A stretch of DNA of 43,121 nt from a virus (lineage: Duplodnaviria > Heunggongvirae > Uroviricota > Caudoviricetes). Both the position numbers and the translations under genes were made by a program. Below the pieces are notes generated by a model, which was not told the DNA's origin, did not search any database, and worked only from the letters and a program-made list of their open reading frames with translations. Numbering within the stretch: position 1 is the first letter of the stretch; every line of letters starts with the position of its first letter. The stretch is taken from the IMG/VR virus record IMGVR_UViG_2529292921_000020; one strand, written 5' to 3'. Shown piece after piece: positions 1 to 11,161 of the stretch.

Positions 1-1131
1 TCAAATGACCAGTTTTTTCCATTCCTTACCGCGTGCGTCGTTGTAAATATCGGTCATTTTTTGATTCGAATGGCCTAGCAAAATTTTGGTATCAACCCCC
101 TGCTCTCTGAACAATCGCTCTGATAAAGATCTCTGCTCATGGAAAGAGGGAGGGGTGCCATTAGCACGCCAGTTGTAATCCACAGAATCCCGGGCTTTTT
201 TAAATGCAACGGTTAATGTTGCTGGCTTAACCATCCCGCCGCGCTTAGCTGTCCCTTTCGCGTGATGGTGGTGCAATAGCCACGGACTAAGAACGCAATC
301 GCGGCAGGATGACACCACATCATCCAGGGTGAGATTTAATTTATCGCAACGCAGAGCCAGAGGGATGGCAATCCGGGTTCCTGTTTTTTGCTGTTCGACA
401 TGAAGATAACCATCCCGGATATCCGAAAATTGCATTTTGCAAATATCTGAAAGGCGCTGGCCTGTCATCAGTGCCAGCAGCATACCGCGCTGTAAAAAGT
501 AACCATCCTTTTCCGCTGCGTTATAAATCATCATCCACTCATCAAAAGTCAGTCGCTGTCTTGATATCCGCACCTGCGGTTTTTTTGCCGATTCTGCAGG
601 GTTAAAGCCTGGCGGGACATCGCCCGTTTGCTGAGCTTCCCGGAAAACATCGATCAGTACTTTCCTGAAAATTTGTCCCATTCTGTTATGTCCTCTGGCC
701 TTGTACTCTTCCAGTACTGATACCACATCTTTTACGGTTATGGCATCTAACGGTCTGGTGCCAAAACGTTCATCAAATACCCTGAGAGGGGCCGCTTTCT
801 GTTTCAGCGTGTTGAGTTTGATCTCGCCGTTTTCATATCTTTCCTGTTGAATTTTTCTGTAATTATTCAGAAAAATGGTAACGGTTGATGAACCGCCGGT
901 ATCACTAATAATTTTCTCCTGCAGACTGAGCATTTGTTCCATTTGCTGCCGGGCAAGACGGCTGTTCGCTTCTGCTGCAATAGTTTCTGCCAGTTTCTGG
1001 TCAATACTGCCGAGACCGTGATTTTTGCCTGTTATGGGATGCCTGTAACGCCAGTAAACTTTGTTATTTCTTTTGTCAAAATACGGAGATAATCCCGGAA
1101 CATCGGTTTTATATTTTCGCGGGCGCGCCAT
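1..1131 (-). CDS. int: Phage tyrosine integrase (lambda Int-like)
   Basis: 376-aa ORF; N-terminal arm-binding-like region and C-terminal catalytic region (HxxR...Y context, LLGHS motif) resemble lambda Int; sits at the prophage end next to an excisionase; stop codon at positions 1-3, so attL lies outside the window. Confidence 0.9.
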   Translation of the reverse strand: MARPRKYKTDVPGLSPYFDKRNNKVYWRYRHPITGKNHGLGSIDQKLAETIAAEANSRLARQQMEQMLSLQEKIISDTGGSSTVTIFLNNYRKIQQERYENGEIKLNTLKQKAAPLRVFDERFGTRPLDAITVKDVVSVLEEYKARGHNRMGQIFRKVLIDVFREAQQTGDVPPGFNPAESAKKPQVRISRQRLTFDEWMMIYNAAEKDGYFLQRGMLLALMTGQRLSDICKMQFSDIRDGYLHVEQQKTGTRIAIPLALRCDKLNLTLDDVVSSCRDCVLSPWLLHHHHAKGTAKRGGMVKPATLTVAFKKARDSVDYNWRANGTPPSFHEQRSLSERLFREQGVDTKILLGHSNQKMTDIYNDARGKEWKKLVI

Positions 1132-1357
1132 CTTCCAGTATCCTCTTCAAAGCAGGGTGATCTGTGGCGATCACCTCCGGCTTGTTTACCATTCCGACAA
1201 AGCGAGCTTGCGGATCCACTCGCCAGCGTCTTCCAACTTTTTTGGGGAGAGGAAATATCATTCCGGCTTTAGCGTATTTACTTAACGTACTCGGAGTTGG
1301 GACCGGTTCACTGAATTCCTCTTTTGCCCACTCAGTGAGCAGAATAAGTCTTGCCAT
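1109..1357 (-). CDS. xis: Excisionase (Xis-like)
   Basis: 82-aa ORF immediately upstream of and overlapping int; small basic DNA-binding protein (LTEWAKE...GRRWRV) typical of lambdoid excisionases. Confidence 0.7.
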   Translation of the reverse strand: MARLILLTEWAKEEFSEPVPTPSTLSKYAKAGMIFPLPKKVGRRWRVDPQARFVGMVNKPEVIATDHPALKRILEDGAPAKI

Positions 1358-1421
1358 GAGCGTCGTTCGCTAATCATGGTCGCCGCCACTATAGCTGGTG
1401 GGCAACGACCGGGGTTGAACA

Positions 1422-3893
1422 TTAAAAATCAGCCTGATTCGGGATCAGTTTTTGCCAGATAACTGAAACGTATTTTGCTTGGTAACGGGCGTCATCAAGT
1501 GCATTATGGCGCTCACCTTCGAATGGAATAGCCGTTCTGGCATCGAAGTCTATGGCTTTCCCCAGCTCAACGATTGTGCGTACATCGCGATCGTTGTAGT
1601 AACGCCACGGGCAGGGGATCCCCTGCCGTTCGTATGAACGGCGCAAAATCGTGTTGTCGAAGTTGGCTCCATTTCCCCAGACCTGAACAAAAAATTCACC
1701 GGAGTTTTCGTCGATAAATTCCCGCAATTGTAACAGTGCATCATCTAACGGGATTTCATCGGTCATAATGGCAGATTGCGCTTCGCGTGATTGCTTAAGC
1801 CACCATTTAATGGTGTCCCGATCAATGACCCCGCCAGCAGTTTCCAGATCGATAGTCTTACTAAATTCCGGTCCCATATCTCCGGTTTGCGGATCGAAAA
1901 ATATTGCACCTATTGAGATGATCGGGGCATCAGGATTTTTTCCCATGGTTTCAAGGTCGATCATTAGATGGTCACACGTCCTGCTGGTGGATGTGATTTC
2001 GTGATGACCGTTCACCTTAATTGAGTGATCTGCCGTCTCGCCAGTTTCATTATCGCTATCGTGATGCTGATTGCCGTCAGTGTTCTCCTTGTGTGGATGT
2101 TCAGCGCCTTCCATTTCCTCCGGATCATCTTCCTGAACTTCAACCTGATACTCTTCATCGAATGTTTCCTGGTATGTTGCGTCGCCCATCACCGCGCCAC
2201 AATCAGGGCAGTTGCCGCCGCCGGTCTGACCGCAGGCGGTGCAGACTTTTTCCACTTCCTGTTGCGCCACTGGTTCAGGCTGTTTCGTTTCTGGCTCGTT
2301 TTGTAACGCATTTGGGCTGTTTTGTTCCGCTTTCTGGCCGTTCTGTTCCGTTTCTTGCTGGTTCTGATTCACTGAATCGCGGGTTTCAATCCCCTTCACC
2401 CATTTCGGATCATTCTGGTCGCTAATCCCTGCAACAAATTCTCCGCGAGAGGCAGCAAGCAACTTATCGGCGTCAGGCTGGCTGATATTGGCTGCCTGCA
2501 TAATTTTGTTTACTTCGTCAGCGGTAACTTTTACCGGCTCTGGTTGTGCGGTCGTGTCAGATGCACCAGTATTTTGTTGTGAACCTGAGTATGTACTGTT
2601 TTTGCGGGCGAAATATTCTTCTTTCGTGATTTCAGTAGCCCCGGCAGCCAGCGCCTTATCCAGACCAGAAAGTTTGTTTGCGCGACCGTATTTTTCGCCA
2701 TCCTTGTCGGTGAAGAGGAAGTAGAACGGCCCTTCACGCTCTACAGATGGTTCGACTTCCACTTTGCATTCGGTTTTTTCGTTGTCCGGAATTGCCGTTT
2801 CCACTGCATCAGTTTCTGGTACTGGCGACGAGAGAGTATCAGTTGCGCTCTGATTTCTTCCTTCATCTTCAAACACGCCCTTTGTAGTCAGGTATTCAGT
2901 AATGTATTTGTTCAGTGCCACAGGGTCTTTGTGAATGTCGATCGGACGTTCACGGACAAGGCCAAAAATAGTCTGGCGGTCGTAGCGAAGGGCATCAGGC
3001 TGTTTGCGCATTGATGCCGAGATACGCTTCCAGTCTTCGCGGTCGTTGTCGATAACTTCATTTTTTGCCCAGCGATGGATGCTGCCGTCAATGTTTCCGG
3101 CATCCACATCACCAGGCCAGAGAGCGTAGGCCAGTTCGTCATCCAGTGTTTTCCATGTCTGCTTGTATTCGCGATGAATGGCAGCAATGACCGGGCTGAT
3201 TTTTCCTGTTGAATTTTCAGTGTGCTGTTGATTGGCTCTGGCGCGGGCGAGATCAACAACAGACGTGTATTTTCCGGTTTCCTTGCGTTCACCTTCGCGA
3301 CGTTTTTTCCAGATGCGCATCTCTGCCTGAATTTCGGGCCATTTGGCACCAGGCTTACATTTATGCTTAACCCACCCGATGGCATGCAGCTTAAGCTCCG
3401 GATACATGGCGTTAACTTCTGGCATTTTCATCAACGCTTCAACGATATGTCCGTCGAATGTTGCCATGTCTTCCTGCAACAATTCCTGTGCGCTAATAAC
3501 CATATCAACGGTGATGTTTTCACATGTGTCGAACTTAACCATGACAGCGTTCGGTACTTCAGGGGCCAGCTTGTCAAAAGTGACGTTCATCGGATCTGAT
3601 TCAGTCTCAACCGGGACAAAGGAAGCAGACTCCTCATCCCAGCGGTTTTCCTGCATATATTCAGCATCCCAGGAATCGAGGGCAGGGCGGGGTATGCCGG
3701 GTTTATCCTCACAGACAATAAATTTATAAGCGCAGTCCTGAGCTGCAGGGAATTGCTCCAGAAATTGCCAATGAAATTTTGCGCGTGCGCGACGCTCATC
3801 ACCAGCTTCAATGGCAGTGGCCACCGCAACAGCGCTATCTTCTTTTATGGCCTGTTCATCAGGAATAGCAGCGCAAATAAAGACTTTACTCAT
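1422..3893 (-). CDS. Phage exonuclease with C-terminal DEDDh (DnaQ-like) 3'-5' exonuclease domain; occupies the RecE/Exo VIII position
   Basis: 823-aa ORF; C-terminal ~180 aa carry Exo I (MIDLETMG), Exo II (WGNGANFDNTIL) and Exo III (HNALDDARYQ) motifs; long acidic Q/E-rich N-terminal region; position downstream of xis as for recE in Rac-like prophages. Confidence 0.6.
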   Translation of the reverse strand: MSKVFICAAIPDEQAIKEDSAVAVATAIEAGDERRARAKFHWQFLEQFPAAQDCAYKFIVCEDKPGIPRPALDSWDAEYMQENRWDEESASFVPVETESDPMNVTFDKLAPEVPNAVMVKFDTCENITVDMVISAQELLQEDMATFDGHIVEALMKMPEVNAMYPELKLHAIGWVKHKCKPGAKWPEIQAEMRIWKKRREGERKETGKYTSVVDLARARANQQHTENSTGKISPVIAAIHREYKQTWKTLDDELAYALWPGDVDAGNIDGSIHRWAKNEVIDNDREDWKRISASMRKQPDALRYDRQTIFGLVRERPIDIHKDPVALNKYITEYLTTKGVFEDEGRNQSATDTLSSPVPETDAVETAIPDNEKTECKVEVEPSVEREGPFYFLFTDKDGEKYGRANKLSGLDKALAAGATEITKEEYFARKNSTYSGSQQNTGASDTTAQPEPVKVTADEVNKIMQAANISQPDADKLLAASRGEFVAGISDQNDPKWVKGIETRDSVNQNQQETEQNGQKAEQNSPNALQNEPETKQPEPVAQQEVEKVCTACGQTGGGNCPDCGAVMGDATYQETFDEEYQVEVQEDDPEEMEGAEHPHKENTDGNQHHDSDNETGETADHSIKVNGHHEITSTSRTCDHLMIDLETMGKNPDAPIISIGAIFFDPQTGDMGPEFSKTIDLETAGGVIDRDTIKWWLKQSREAQSAIMTDEIPLDDALLQLREFIDENSGEFFVQVWGNGANFDNTILRRSYERQGIPCPWRYYNDRDVRTIVELGKAIDFDARTAIPFEGERHNALDDARYQAKYVSVIWQKLIPNQADF

Positions 3894-4137
3894 TTTGTTT
3901 TACCTCATTACAGATTTAAGGGTGAACAAATCCCTGCCATTGCTGGCATATAAGAATGAAACCGGATGTTTATTACGGAACTGTTTTAAAGACCTGCCGG
4001 GATTTCGTTATTATCCTGGTGAATAACTTTATCGACCGGGTAACAGTTACCGGGAATTTTCTGTTCGGTTGCTGCAGTCACACACTCCTGCATTGTCCTG
4101 TGAACACTGACTGCAATATCAACTGGCTCTCCGGAAA

Positions 4138-6193
<2,056 letters not shown>

Positions 6194-6840
6194 TTATTTA
6201 ATAGCTCCCGTTCGTGTTTTCTCTTGTTAATGGCATCTTCAGTAAATACAGGGTTACTGATAGTGACACCAATTTCAAAACAACCTTCAGACGTATTAAC
6301 GTTTGGTAATAACGTTTCCATTATCGCGTCCTCAACAATGAATTTTGTGATGTGGTGCCTGGTGCCTCCAGGTGACGTTAACCAGTTAACAATTAACGCC
6401 GGATACAGAGAATCCACCCATAACACTGTTTTTGGTTTTAACTGTTCCGCGTGCGCTCAGCCGCATTCACCGCATCACAAAATTCACTTTAAAAACGGCG
6501 GCAGAGCAGTCACGGAGTAAAACTGATACCGCCAAACGTCACCAGAAAATTGATAACAGAGGGCGTTGCAGCGGGGTTGTCGCTTAAGCGTATGGTCAAC
6601 CTGACAACCCGGTGTCCTCAACGGGGAAGGAATAACCCCGCCATACTTACCGCCGCGCCATTTCGCGGAGTGCCACAACCGGAAGCGCACGGTCGAACTA
6701 AATTTAACGACACCGTACAGAGAGACCAATTTCGCCGTGCGCTTTCGCGTTATGCCCTGACTTTTCAGGGACATATCCTTTCAGTAAACTGTCAGTGCCG
6801 GATGTTCACCCGTGTCCGGCGCACGCACTCCACCTGACCC

Positions 6841-7158
6841 GTGGAGAACTCCTTAATTACCAACCCTCAGGAGGGTGAAATGGATAAAAAGCAAATTGAG
6901 GCCCTGCAATCTATTATTGAAAAACAAGATGAAGCTATCAGGATTCTTTCATATCGCACTGATATGATACTAAATATGCTTTCTGCATTAACGGCTGCGC
7001 TTGGTGGTACAAAAACAAACGTATACCGCGAAGTTGTTATTCAACAGATAGATAAATTTGAAAAAACCATACCAGGTATTAATGCTCATCTTGCAGAACA
7101 AGAGAAAGACCATGCTCTTATGGCAATTTCTTCAGTAGCTCTCCCGAAAGTTGAGTAG
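6841..7158 (+). CDS. Hypothetical protein in AT-rich island
   Basis: 105-aa ORF, predicted helical/coiled-coil, strongly AT-rich codon usage unlike the surrounding phage genes; true start may be the internal Met (MDKKQIEAL). Confidence 0.4.
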   Translation: MENSLITNPQEGEMDKKQIEALQSIIEKQDEAIRILSYRTDMILNMLSALTAALGGTKTNVYREVVIQQIDKFEKTIPGINAHLAEQEKDHALMAISSVALPKVE

Positions 7159-7531
7159 TTTTAATTGTTGTTTTGAAATAATCACTGCTTTCACATTTGA
7201 GTGATTTCATGGCAATCCAAATGCGGGCCTCTGTGCCTGCATTTGGTTCCAGTTGCTGTAGACGTTTTGCGTCTTCCAAAAGTAAGGCGATAATGTGTTT
7301 CAGCTTCTCATCATTTGCTTGATTCTTGTTTTCAGGCGAATTCTGTCCGCCGAATAGGCGCTTCTCTTCATACAGACCTATAAAGGCACGACGCACGTTA
7401 CCGGATATAGTATCGATGGTTTCTTTTTCTACGGTACTCAGGTCAAGAGTCGCCAGTTGAGAGCGAACCACATTCGATGCCATTTCCTGGAATGGTACTG
7501 GTAAATCTTTAAATTCCATCGTCAACCTCAT
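7118..7531 (-). CDS. Hypothetical protein in AT-rich island, convergent with 6841-7158
   Basis: 137-aa ORF (probable start MEFKDLPV); no recognisable motif; occupies the kil/sieB position of Rac-like prophages. Confidence 0.4.
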   Translation of the reverse strand: MRLTMEFKDLPVPFQEMASNVVRSQLATLDLSTVEKETIDTISGNVRRAFIGLYEEKRLFGGQNSPENKNQANDEKLKHIIALLLEDAKRLQQLEPNAGTEARIWIAMKSLKCESSDYFKTTIKTTQLSGELLKKLP

Positions 7532-7764
7532 CAGTCAGTGTTTCTGGTTAACCAGCGACGCGCGCCAGCTTCAGTTTTAAACGTTTTGCTTCTGGTATAC
7601 GTCATCGCGGTAAACGTGCCGTCCTGGTTGGGGAACACGCCACATACCAGAGATTCGTTGTTGCCAAGATTGAGCATATCCATGTTGACCTCATTTCCCC
7701 TTAACGCCGGGGTAGCGGAACAAAAACCTGCTGCATAGTTATTAAAGTTGAACCCTGCCGTCAT
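7531..7764 (-). CDS. DUF1391-family small protein (YdaF-like)
   Basis: C-terminal 50 aa (MDMLNLGNNESLVCGVFPNQDGTFTAMTYTRSKTFKTEAGARRWLTRN) match my recollection of Rac YdaF; real start is probably the internal Met near 7683. Confidence 0.6.
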   Translation of the reverse strand: MTAGFNFNNYAAGFCSATPALRGNEVNMDMLNLGNNESLVCGVFPNQDGTFTAMTYTRSKTFKTEAGARRWLTRNTD

Positions 7765-7869
7765 GTTCTTACGCCTCGGGCTGGCTACTTAACCCCTGAC
7801 CACTGCCTGGTAACTCGAAGTATTGCCCTGCATTCTGTGGGGCGGGGTGGGTTGGTATGAAAAGAAGGA

Positions 7870-7906
7870 TACCCATAGGTATTTAAAAAGTAAATACCCA
7901 TGGGTA
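7870..7906. promoter_or_regulatory. OL-like operator pair: TACCCATAGGTA (7870-7881) and perfect palindrome TACCCATGGGTA (7895-7906)
   Basis: Two 12-bp dyad-symmetric sites 25 bp apart, between the 3' end of the leftward repressor gene and the leftward early genes. Confidence 0.5.
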
Positions 7907-7948
7907 AATTTTTGCGGGGTCTTAACTGGTGACTAGTTGTTTGGTGAG

Positions 7949-8367
7949 CTATGATGCGTTTTGTGCTTTCTTTTTACGGATTTCTTCGTAGATCATATTG
8001 TAATACTGTTTTTTCTCTTCAAGAGTTTTTAATAATTTATCCGCTTCACTTTCTGGCAGTTCGTCTAAGAGATCTAAAAAAATACGTTGTCGTGGCGTTA
8101 GAACCCTTGTTTCATAACTGGAGGCTGTGTTCGTTGATGATGAAACGATACCATCCATCCATCCCCGGGGTAACCCAAAGGACTCTTCGATAATCTCCAC
8201 CATATCATCAGCGATCCGTTTTTTCCCTTTTTCCCCTCTGGGTACAACATTCTTGATACATAAGAAGGCTCGCGCCCGATCTTTCTGGCCACGTTAACCG
8301 CTTTACCATCGCATTTCTCATCACGAATTTTGATGAGTTGCTGTCGTCTAAATTCATATTTGTCCAT
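7949..8367 (-). pseudogene. Leftward prophage repressor (RacR/DicA position, HTH N-terminus), split into two overlapping frames by an apparent frameshift in T6/T5 runs at about 8217-8230
   Basis: ORFs 8098-8367 (HTH-like ...AVNVARKIGREPSYVSRML...) and 7949-8203 overlap in different frames; both frames are open across the homopolymer tract, so a 1-nt indel would give one ~140-aa protein. Confidence 0.55.
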
Positions 8368-8467
8368 AGGTAAATAATAGATGCGATTACCGCAAGGTAA
8401 ACAACCTGTGGGTATTGACTTTTGTTTACCTGCGGGTGTTCTTTGCTGTGTTTACTAAGGAGTAGCT
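8368..8467. promoter_or_regulatory. Divergent OR-like control region with repeated GGTAAAC / GTTTACC half-sites
   Basis: 100-bp intergenic region between divergent repressor and Cro-like genes; GGTAAATAA, GGTAAACAA, TGTTTACC, TGTTTACT repeats; TTGACT -35-like hexamer at 8415. Confidence 0.5.
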
Positions 8468-8749
8468 ATGGAAGAATTAAGAATATTTCTCAATTCTCTT
8501 TCGTCAGATGAACAGCGTATGTTTGCATGCGAGTGTGGTACCAGCATCGGTTATCTAAGAAAGGCATTGAGTAAAGGTCAAGTGTTAGGGGCATCGTTAT
8601 GTGTCCTTATTGAGCGAGCCAGTAATGGTGAAGTTACACGTCAGCAACTAAGGCCTTTTGATTGGATGAATATTTGGCCCGAGCTGGAAGATACCAAAAC
8701 GTTAACACAACCACTTTCTAGGAGCTTGATTCATGAAAATCAAGCATGA
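8468..8749 (+). CDS. Cro/YdaS-like small DNA-binding protein
   Basis: 93-aa ORF divergent from the repressor, first gene of the rightward operon; HTH-like segment (ECGTSIGYLRKALSKGQV). Confidence 0.55.
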   Translation: MEELRIFLNSLSSDEQRMFACECGTSIGYLRKALSKGQVLGASLCVLIERASNGEVTRQQLRPFDWMNIWPELEDTKTLTQPLSRSLIHENQA

Positions 8750-9158
8750 ACACATCCGCATGGCGATGAATGTCTGGGCGCATCCGGACGGCGAAAAAGT
8801 GCCGGCTGCGAAAATTACCAAAGCGTATTTCGAGCTGGGAATGACGTTCCCGGAACTGTATGACGACAGCCATCCGGAAGCCCTGGCCCGTAATACCCAG
8901 AAAATTTTCCGTTGGCTGGATAAAGACACCCCTGATGCTGTTGAAAAAATGCAGGCTCTGTTACCGGCGATCGAAAAGGCGATGCCGCCTTTGCTGGTGG
9001 CCCGTATGCGCAGCCACAGTTCTGAATATTACCGTGAGATCGTCGAACGGAGGGATCGGCTGGTGAAGGATGTCGATGATTTTGTTGCGTCAGCGGTTGT
9101 TTTGTATGACCAGATGAATCGCGGCGGCCCGGCAGGGAATGCTGTGGTGATGCACTAA
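8733..9158 (+). CDS. YdaT-like protein
   Basis: 141-aa ORF overlapping the Cro-like gene end; N-terminus MKIKHEHI... and size match my recollection of Rac YdaT. Confidence 0.5.
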   Translation: MKIKHEHIRMAMNVWAHPDGEKVPAAKITKAYFELGMTFPELYDDSHPEALARNTQKIFRWLDKDTPDAVEKMQALLPAIEKAMPPLLVARMRSHSSEYYREIVERRDRLVKDVDDFVASAVVLYDQMNRGGPAGNAVVMH

Positions 9159-9165
9159 AAGCACG

Positions 9166-10143
9166 GTGTTCGGGGGTTTTATGAGCAGCAAGCTTCATGG
9201 TCTTGTCTGGGAAGGGTGCGCCTTCACCGGCATGATCTTATCCAGGGTGGCGGTTATGGCCCGTCTTGCAGACTACAGCAATGACGAGGGCGTGTCATGG
9301 CCTGCCATTGAAACTATCCGGCGTCAGATCGGTGCAAGAAGTGAATCCACAGTGAAATCGGCTATTGCAGAACTGGCGAAAGAGGGCTGGCTGACGAAGG
9401 AAGAGCGTAAGGTCGGTGGGCGTAATGTAAGCAATATCTATCGGCTTAATGTGGAAAAACTCGAAGCAGCTGCGGCGGCGGCGCGTGAGTCATATAAACC
9501 GAAAAGAAAAATTAGCCCGGCAAAAAATGACCCGTTAACAGTTGACCCGTCAAATATTGACCCCTCAACGGTTGACCCGTCAAATTTTGATGGATCAACT
9601 GTTGATAAAAAACTGCCGATTAGGGGGGCGATGATTGACCCCGATCCGTCAGTATTAAAACCTGATCCGTCAGATAAAAGATCTTCTTGTCCGGACGCTT
9701 CGCAACCGGACCCGCAGACGGCTGAACAGGATTTTTTAACCCGACACCCTGACGCGGTTGTGTTCAGTGCGAAAAAACGCCAGTGGGGAAGTCAGGAAGA
9801 TTTGGTGTGCGCACAGTGGATCTGGGGACGAATCGTGAGTCTTTACGAGCAGGCGGCCAGCTATGATGGCGAGATCGCTAGACCGAAAGAACCCAACTGG
9901 ACAGCATGGGCCAATGACGTTCGCACAATGCGGATGCTGGATGGCAGAACTCACAGACAAATTTGTGAAATGTTTGGGCGTCTCCAGCGGGATTCGTTCT
10001 GGGTAAAAAACATCATGAGTCCGGCAAAACTCCGGGAAAAATGGGATGAACTGGTTATCCGCCTGGGGCGTTCGCCTGCGCAGCGTTGCGTGAATCACAT
10101 TTCTGAACCGGACACTGAAATTCCGCCGGGCTTCAGGGGGTAA
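9166..10143 (+). CDS. Phage replication initiation protein (winged-helix N-terminal domain) with internal origin iterons
   Basis: 325-aa ORF; N-terminal HTH-type segment (SWPAIETIRRQIGARSESTVKSAIAELAKEGWL); iterons inside the coding region as in lambda O. Confidence 0.65.
   Translation: MFGGFMSSKLHGLVWEGCAFTGMILSRVAVMARLADYSNDEGVSWPAIETIRRQIGARSESTVKSAIAELAKEGWLTKEERKVGGRNVSNIYRLNVEKLEAAAAAARESYKPKRKISPAKNDPLTVDPSNIDPSTVDPSNFDGSTVDKKLPIRGAMIDPDPSVLKPDPSDKRSSCPDASQPDPQTAEQDFLTRHPDAVVFSAKKRQWGSQEDLVCAQWIWGRIVSLYEQAASYDGEIARPKEPNWTAWANDVRTMRMLDGRTHRQICEMFGRLQRDSFWVKNIMSPAKLREKWDELVIRLGRSPAQRCVNHISEPDTEIPPGFRG
9525..9620 (+). repeat. Putative replication origin: four TGACCC(G/C) iterons at about 15-bp spacing plus the palindrome TCAACTGTTGA
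   Basis: aatGACCCGTtaacagtTGACCCGTcaaatatTGACCCCTcaacggtTGACCCGTcaaat; encodes a repetitive peptide (LTVDPSNIDPSTVDPSNFD). Confidence 0.6.
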
Positions 10144-10183
10144 GTGTTAATTTCTGGTCATGAGGTAATTTTCAGGAGGGCTT

Positions 10184-10606
10184 GTGGCAAAAGTTTTTAC
10201 ACAAGAAGAGCGGGAAAAAATTAAAGGGCAGGTTGTTGAACTCGTACGCCAGAGTGGGCGCGAGACGTTACGACAACTGGAAACTAAAACTGGGGCAACA
10301 AGATATCTGATGAGCGTTCTGGCCAGAGAGCTGGTTGCCAGTGGCGATGTATACAACTCTGGTTACGGGTTATTCCCGTCTGAACAGGCGCGTAAGGACT
10401 GGCAAAATGCCCGTAAAAAGCTCTCAAGGGCAAAGCTGAAGAAACCATCTGCGGTTGATCCGGACCTTATCTGGTCATTACCTGACGGAGAAATACGTCG
10501 CTACGACAGGCGTCAGAACATAATCTGTCGCGAGTGCCGGAAGAGCGAAGCTATGCAGCGCGTACTGGCGTTTTATCAGGGGAATTTTGAGGAGGTGGTG
10601 CGGTGA
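10184..10606 (+). CDS. Hypothetical early-region phage protein
   Basis: 140-aa ORF after the replication gene; no recognisable motif. Confidence 0.4.
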   Translation: MAKVFTQEEREKIKGQVVELVRQSGRETLRQLETKTGATRYLMSVLARELVASGDVYNSGYGLFPSEQARKDWQNARKKLSRAKLKKPSAVDPDLIWSLPDGEIRRYDRRQNIICRECRKSEAMQRVLAFYQGNFEEVVR

Positions 10607-10849
10607 GTGAATCAAAATGCCAGGTTAATGGCAACAAGATAGAACCATGTGCAGCACTGGCAAAGTCCCTTGAGCGTGATGCTGAATACACGATGCGAAA
10701 AGGTCTGCTGATATACAAAATCTGAAATGAGAGTTTAACTCGCGGTCCTGATTTTGTGATGTTGCGTTCCGGTGAATTTTCTAAATTACCAGTTCGGGTT
10801 TCATTTTGTCCGTTCTGTGGTGAAAGTCTGAAAACGTGGGAGAACAGAA

Positions 10850-11161
10850 ATGAATGAAATTAAAGAAATACCAGTAGTACGTGATGAATATGGCTGCTGG
10901 ACGCATCCTGAATATGAAAAATTCTGTGACGGTCGGGAATATATTTCAACGGAAGAGTTTAACGCCTGGATGGAGGAAAATAATCTTCAATACGTCCTCT
11001 GCTTCAGAGATGAAGGATGTGCTGACCTTGATGCGTGTGATGCTGATATTTCTGCATGGGAACCGGAACGACCAGAGGGCAATGGATGGTTTATTGGTTC
11101 AATACATGACACCGAAGATGGCCCGGTTTGTGTATGGCTGAGAAATAAGGTCGAAGCATAA
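10850..11161 (+). CDS. Strongly acidic small protein (hypothetical)
   Basis: 103-aa ORF; about 25 Asp/Glu versus about 9 Lys/Arg by hand count. Confidence 0.45.
   Translation: MNEIKEIPVVRDEYGCWTHPEYEKFCDGREYISTEEFNAWMEENNLQYVLCFRDEGCADLDACDADISAWEPERPEGNGWFIGSIHDTEDGPVCVWLRNKVEA

Noticed and set aside
10759-10857. 32-aa ORF with a CxxC motif (MLRSGEFSKLPVRVSFCPFCGESLKTWENRNE) overlapping the start of the acidic-protein gene
   Set aside because: Too short and unsupported to call; could be a leader peptide or chance ORF. Noted only as a possible zinc-ribbon mini-protein.
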